Part shown: positions 61,628-64,000 of the stretch, in pieces
Layout of the letters: the number at the start of each line of letters is the position of its first letter
Numbering within the stretch: the first letter of the stretch is position 1
Source: Pseudovirgaria hyperparasitica
Taxonomy: Eukaryota
Length of the DNA: 64,000 nt
Assembly: GCA_010093815.1 (NCBI GenBank)
Contig: ML996574.1
Strand: one strand, 5' to 3'
Translations under genes and position numbers: made by a program
The notes under the pieces: model-generated
What the model saw: the letters and a program-made list of their open reading frames with translations, nothing else
What the model was told of the DNA's origin: nothing
The model's database searches: none

Positions 61628-64000
61628 CTAGCTATACGCGCGCGATGCTTGCGACACACGGAATATATCTTCGACGGCAGCGAATTGCGCTAGTACTTTT
61701 GCGTACGCGGTATGTTTAGACGTGTCGTCGTCGTCCTGTACTTGCTGTTCCTCCACTTGCTGTTCCACCTCGCCCACAGGTCTGTTACGTGCTGCTTCTC
61801 CCTTTCCTTTTCTCACTCCTTCTCCCTCTTCCCCATTTTTCTCTCCCTCGTCATTCCTACTCTCCCCAAGATACTCCCACCCGGCACCACCCACACAAAC
61901 AGGACAGACCCACTCCCCCTTCGCCAGCACACCAACACGAGGCCTCTCGCTCTCCTTCAAGCATGCCACGTGCATCCAGCCGATATGACAAGTTGTTGCT
62001 GCGCAGGCGAGCATGGCGCTTCCGTCGATTGGGCTGCGGCATAGACACCATAGTGTTGGGGTGGGGGGTTGGTGGGATAGGGGGGATGGTGGTGATGCAA
62101 ATTTGATTATTGGGGCGGTGCCGTAGCGAGGGCGTTTGGGGGTTGGGGACGTGGGTTTGGTGGTGGGTTTGGTGGTTGTGGGCTTAAATGATGGTTGGGG
62201 TTTGTTTCTTGTGCGAGTCGAGGTGTTTGTTTTGCGCGAGGACCGGATGCGGCTACGGGGGCGAACGGCGAGGGAGTTGTAGTGTGAGCATGGGGCGTCG
62301 ACAGAGACCAAGGTGGTGGGAGCGTGATCGATCGTGTCTGGGTCAATGTCCGACTCTGGACCTGGGGATGGGTATGGCGCTGTGGGTATGTACTCCACGT
62401 CTCTGGCGAATCGAAGGGTTGTGTGCGGGACGAAAGGGATCAGGACGGCCGTTTCTGCGAATCTGACAGTGCGCGTATCCAGCTTTTCTGCCGTACGAGG
62501 CCGCGCAGGCATGAGGTCGTTACAGTCGTCAAAATCATGCTTTGGTAAGGAAGCATAACCTAGAAATTCATTATTCTCGGGACGAGATTCGTGGAACTGT
62601 CTGACGTCGACGTACTCTGATCCATCATCAGTGTCTGCTTGTATGTGTGTTTGGGATTCACGATCCTTCTCTTCGTCACCGGAACTGTCGAGCATGACGT
62701 ATATCTGGGTTTTGCCGTTATTCATGGCCTTTATGTCCGTTGTGCCATCGAGCCCTAGAATGGAGGGATCATTGTACTCTCTTGCTGGCTCTGTGTTGTC
62801 GACGAGGCGGATTCTTGGAGTACGAGGAGGCTCAGGTGAGGCAGTCGATGTAGATGCTCGCTTTCTTGAATTTACGCTGCTCGGGGGACATACAGAGGAT
62901 GGTAGTGGTCTTGGAGGAGGCCGCATAGTAGTAGGAGAGGTATCTGTGTACTGCTCTGACAGAGCAGAAGAGCGAGACGCTGACGTCGACTTTTGTCCAT
63001 TCTCCACCGATGTGAATGTCGAAGGCGTCAATGAGCCGTCTTCGGTGGGAGAGTCCTTGTATCGACCCCAAAGATCCTCAAGGCAGGATACGCAGAACCA
63101 CATCTTTATCAACCCACGATGATACGGTGTGAAATGGACCAGATCGCGAGTATATATCGGTATCTCACCGTTTGCAATATTCAACAACGGCGGACCCTCA
63201 AGCATGAAGTTGGAGACGACGTTCTCGATCGTAACGCATTTAGTATGGCTCTTGATGTGTCCAGGGGACCTGTAGCGGCAGAGAGGATGGGAACAGCTAG
63301 CAGGACCTGTGGGAAGGTCAATTCTGCGGTATATGAATACACAGCCATGTTCATGGTATGTCAGCGGACGAGATAGTGACGATCTCTTCGCAAGTTCACC
63401 TTCAAGGTGCCGCACCATCTCCCGAATGACGCCAGTGATCTGAAGGTCTTCTTCCCATTCAGCTCGACTGGGATGGTGAGCGACGCTCGGCGTACGAGAA
63501 AGTTTCAGCGACTGTTGATGGCGGTATTCAAGCTTCGCTCGCCAGTGTTCGACTCCGTTCTCTGGGGTCTCGATCCAACACGATCTGTTCTGACCTGTGA
63601 CGGCAGGCAGAGGCTTGTCGAGGTCCGGTATGAGTTTGCTCAGAGCATTGTCCTGGGGGTCACTCGCTGCTTCGCTATCGTCGTCGTCGTCGTCGTGTTC
63701 TTCGAAGCTGTAAACACAGGAAGTCGAGCGTGCGTTTATCATGTACAGCCTGTCACCTTGATTATCTCCGTCAACGCGTGGATACCCATCCTGATCTGTT
63801 TCGATCTCCATATCAGAGTCATCCATTGACTCGTCGTATTGATCTGCGCCCGCGTTCACTTCGTACAATGGCAAGTTGTTGTAGAATCGAGGACGCGCCG
63901 CCAATGGAACACCGTCCATAACTCTAAATGTCTCAAGAAAGGATCTCTGTTCAAACACTCTGCGCTCAAAGTGTTTGCGCCCTCGAGCGTAGAAGTATTT
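61628..64000 (-). CDS. Large low-complexity protein with C-terminal PHD finger; start lies beyond the window
   Basis: Frame open from 64000 to the stop at 61628; WCLCRSPIDGSAMLACAATTCHIGWMHVACL...WVCPVC is a Cys4-His-Cys3 PHD finger. Confidence 0.8.
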   Translation of the reverse strand, partial: KYFYARGRKHFERRVFEQRSFLETFRVMDGVPLAARPRFYNNLPLYEVNAGADQYDESMDDSDMEIETDQDGYPRVDGDNQGDRLYMINARSTSCVYSFEEHDDDDDDSEAASDPQDNALSKLIPDLDKPLPAVTGQNRSCWIETPENGVEHWRAKLEYRHQQSLKLSRTPSVAHHPSRAEWEEDLQITGVIREMVRHLEGELAKRSSLSRPLTYHEHGCVFIYRRIDLPTGPASCSHPLCRYRSPGHIKSHTKCVTIENVVSNFMLEGPPLLNIANGEIPIYTRDLVHFTPYHRGLIKMWFCVSCLEDLWGRYKDSPTEDGSLTPSTFTSVENGQKSTSASRSSALSEQYTDTSPTTMRPPPRPLPSSVCPPSSVNSRKRASTSTASPEPPRTPRIRLVDNTEPAREYNDPSILGLDGTTDIKAMNNGKTQIYVMLDSSGDEEKDRESQTHIQADTDDGSEYVDVRQFHESRPENNEFLGYASLPKHDFDDCNDLMPARPRTAEKLDTRTVRFAETAVLIPFVPHTTLRFARDVEYIPTAPYPSPGPESDIDPDTIDHAPTTLVSVDAPCSHYNSLAVRPRSRIRSSRKTNTSTRTRNKPQPSFKPTTTKPTTKPTSPTPKRPRYGTAPIIKFASPPSPLSHQPPTPTLWCLCRSPIDGSAMLACAATTCHIGWMHVACLKESERPRVGVLAKGEWVCPVCVGGAGWEYLGESRNDEGEKNGEEGEGVRKGKGEAARNRPVGEVEQQVEEQQVQDDDDTSKHTAYAKVLAQFAAVEDIFRVSQASRAYS

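Noticed and set aside
54800..63921. Numerous overlapping and antisense ORFs around the four host genes, including 58029-59472
   Set aside because: Shadow frames of GC-balanced coding DNA or promoter-region ORFs lacking any family motif.

Overview
Filamentous ascomycete (Pezizomycotina-type) genomic DNA. Ordinary GC-balanced host genes lie at both ends: the 3' end of a GNAT acetyltransferase (1-204), then WDR8/WRAP73-like WD40, MFS sugar porter, APP1-like phosphatase and PHD-finger genes (54750-64000). Between them is a ~53 kb AT-rich island (1632-54620) riddled by RIP (CpA>TpA / TpG>TpA), which is why the ORF track is nearly empty there. Read with RIP mentally reverted, the island is a five-deep nest of transposons, and a target-site duplication (TSD) can be proposed at every junction. 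(1) An outer ~3.6 kb TIR element encodes a DD34E Tc1/IS630-type transposase plus a convergent unknown ORF. (2) Chromovirus Gypsy A sits inside it and contains a second copy of itself (B) and a 5'-truncated Tad1-like LINE. (3) A different Gypsy (C) sits inside the LINE and carries a ~3 kb third ORF with PhyH-like 2OG-Fe(II) dioxygenase motifs. (4) Inside C is a ~22 kb CACTA/Plavaka DNA transposon with a cargo of an Upf1-like SF1 helicase with zinc knuckles, a SNF2-like ATPase and several unknown genes. A 33-bp palindrome also recurs at three unrelated sites. Protein calls inside the island come from hand translation with RIP reversion, so their gene boundaries are approximate.
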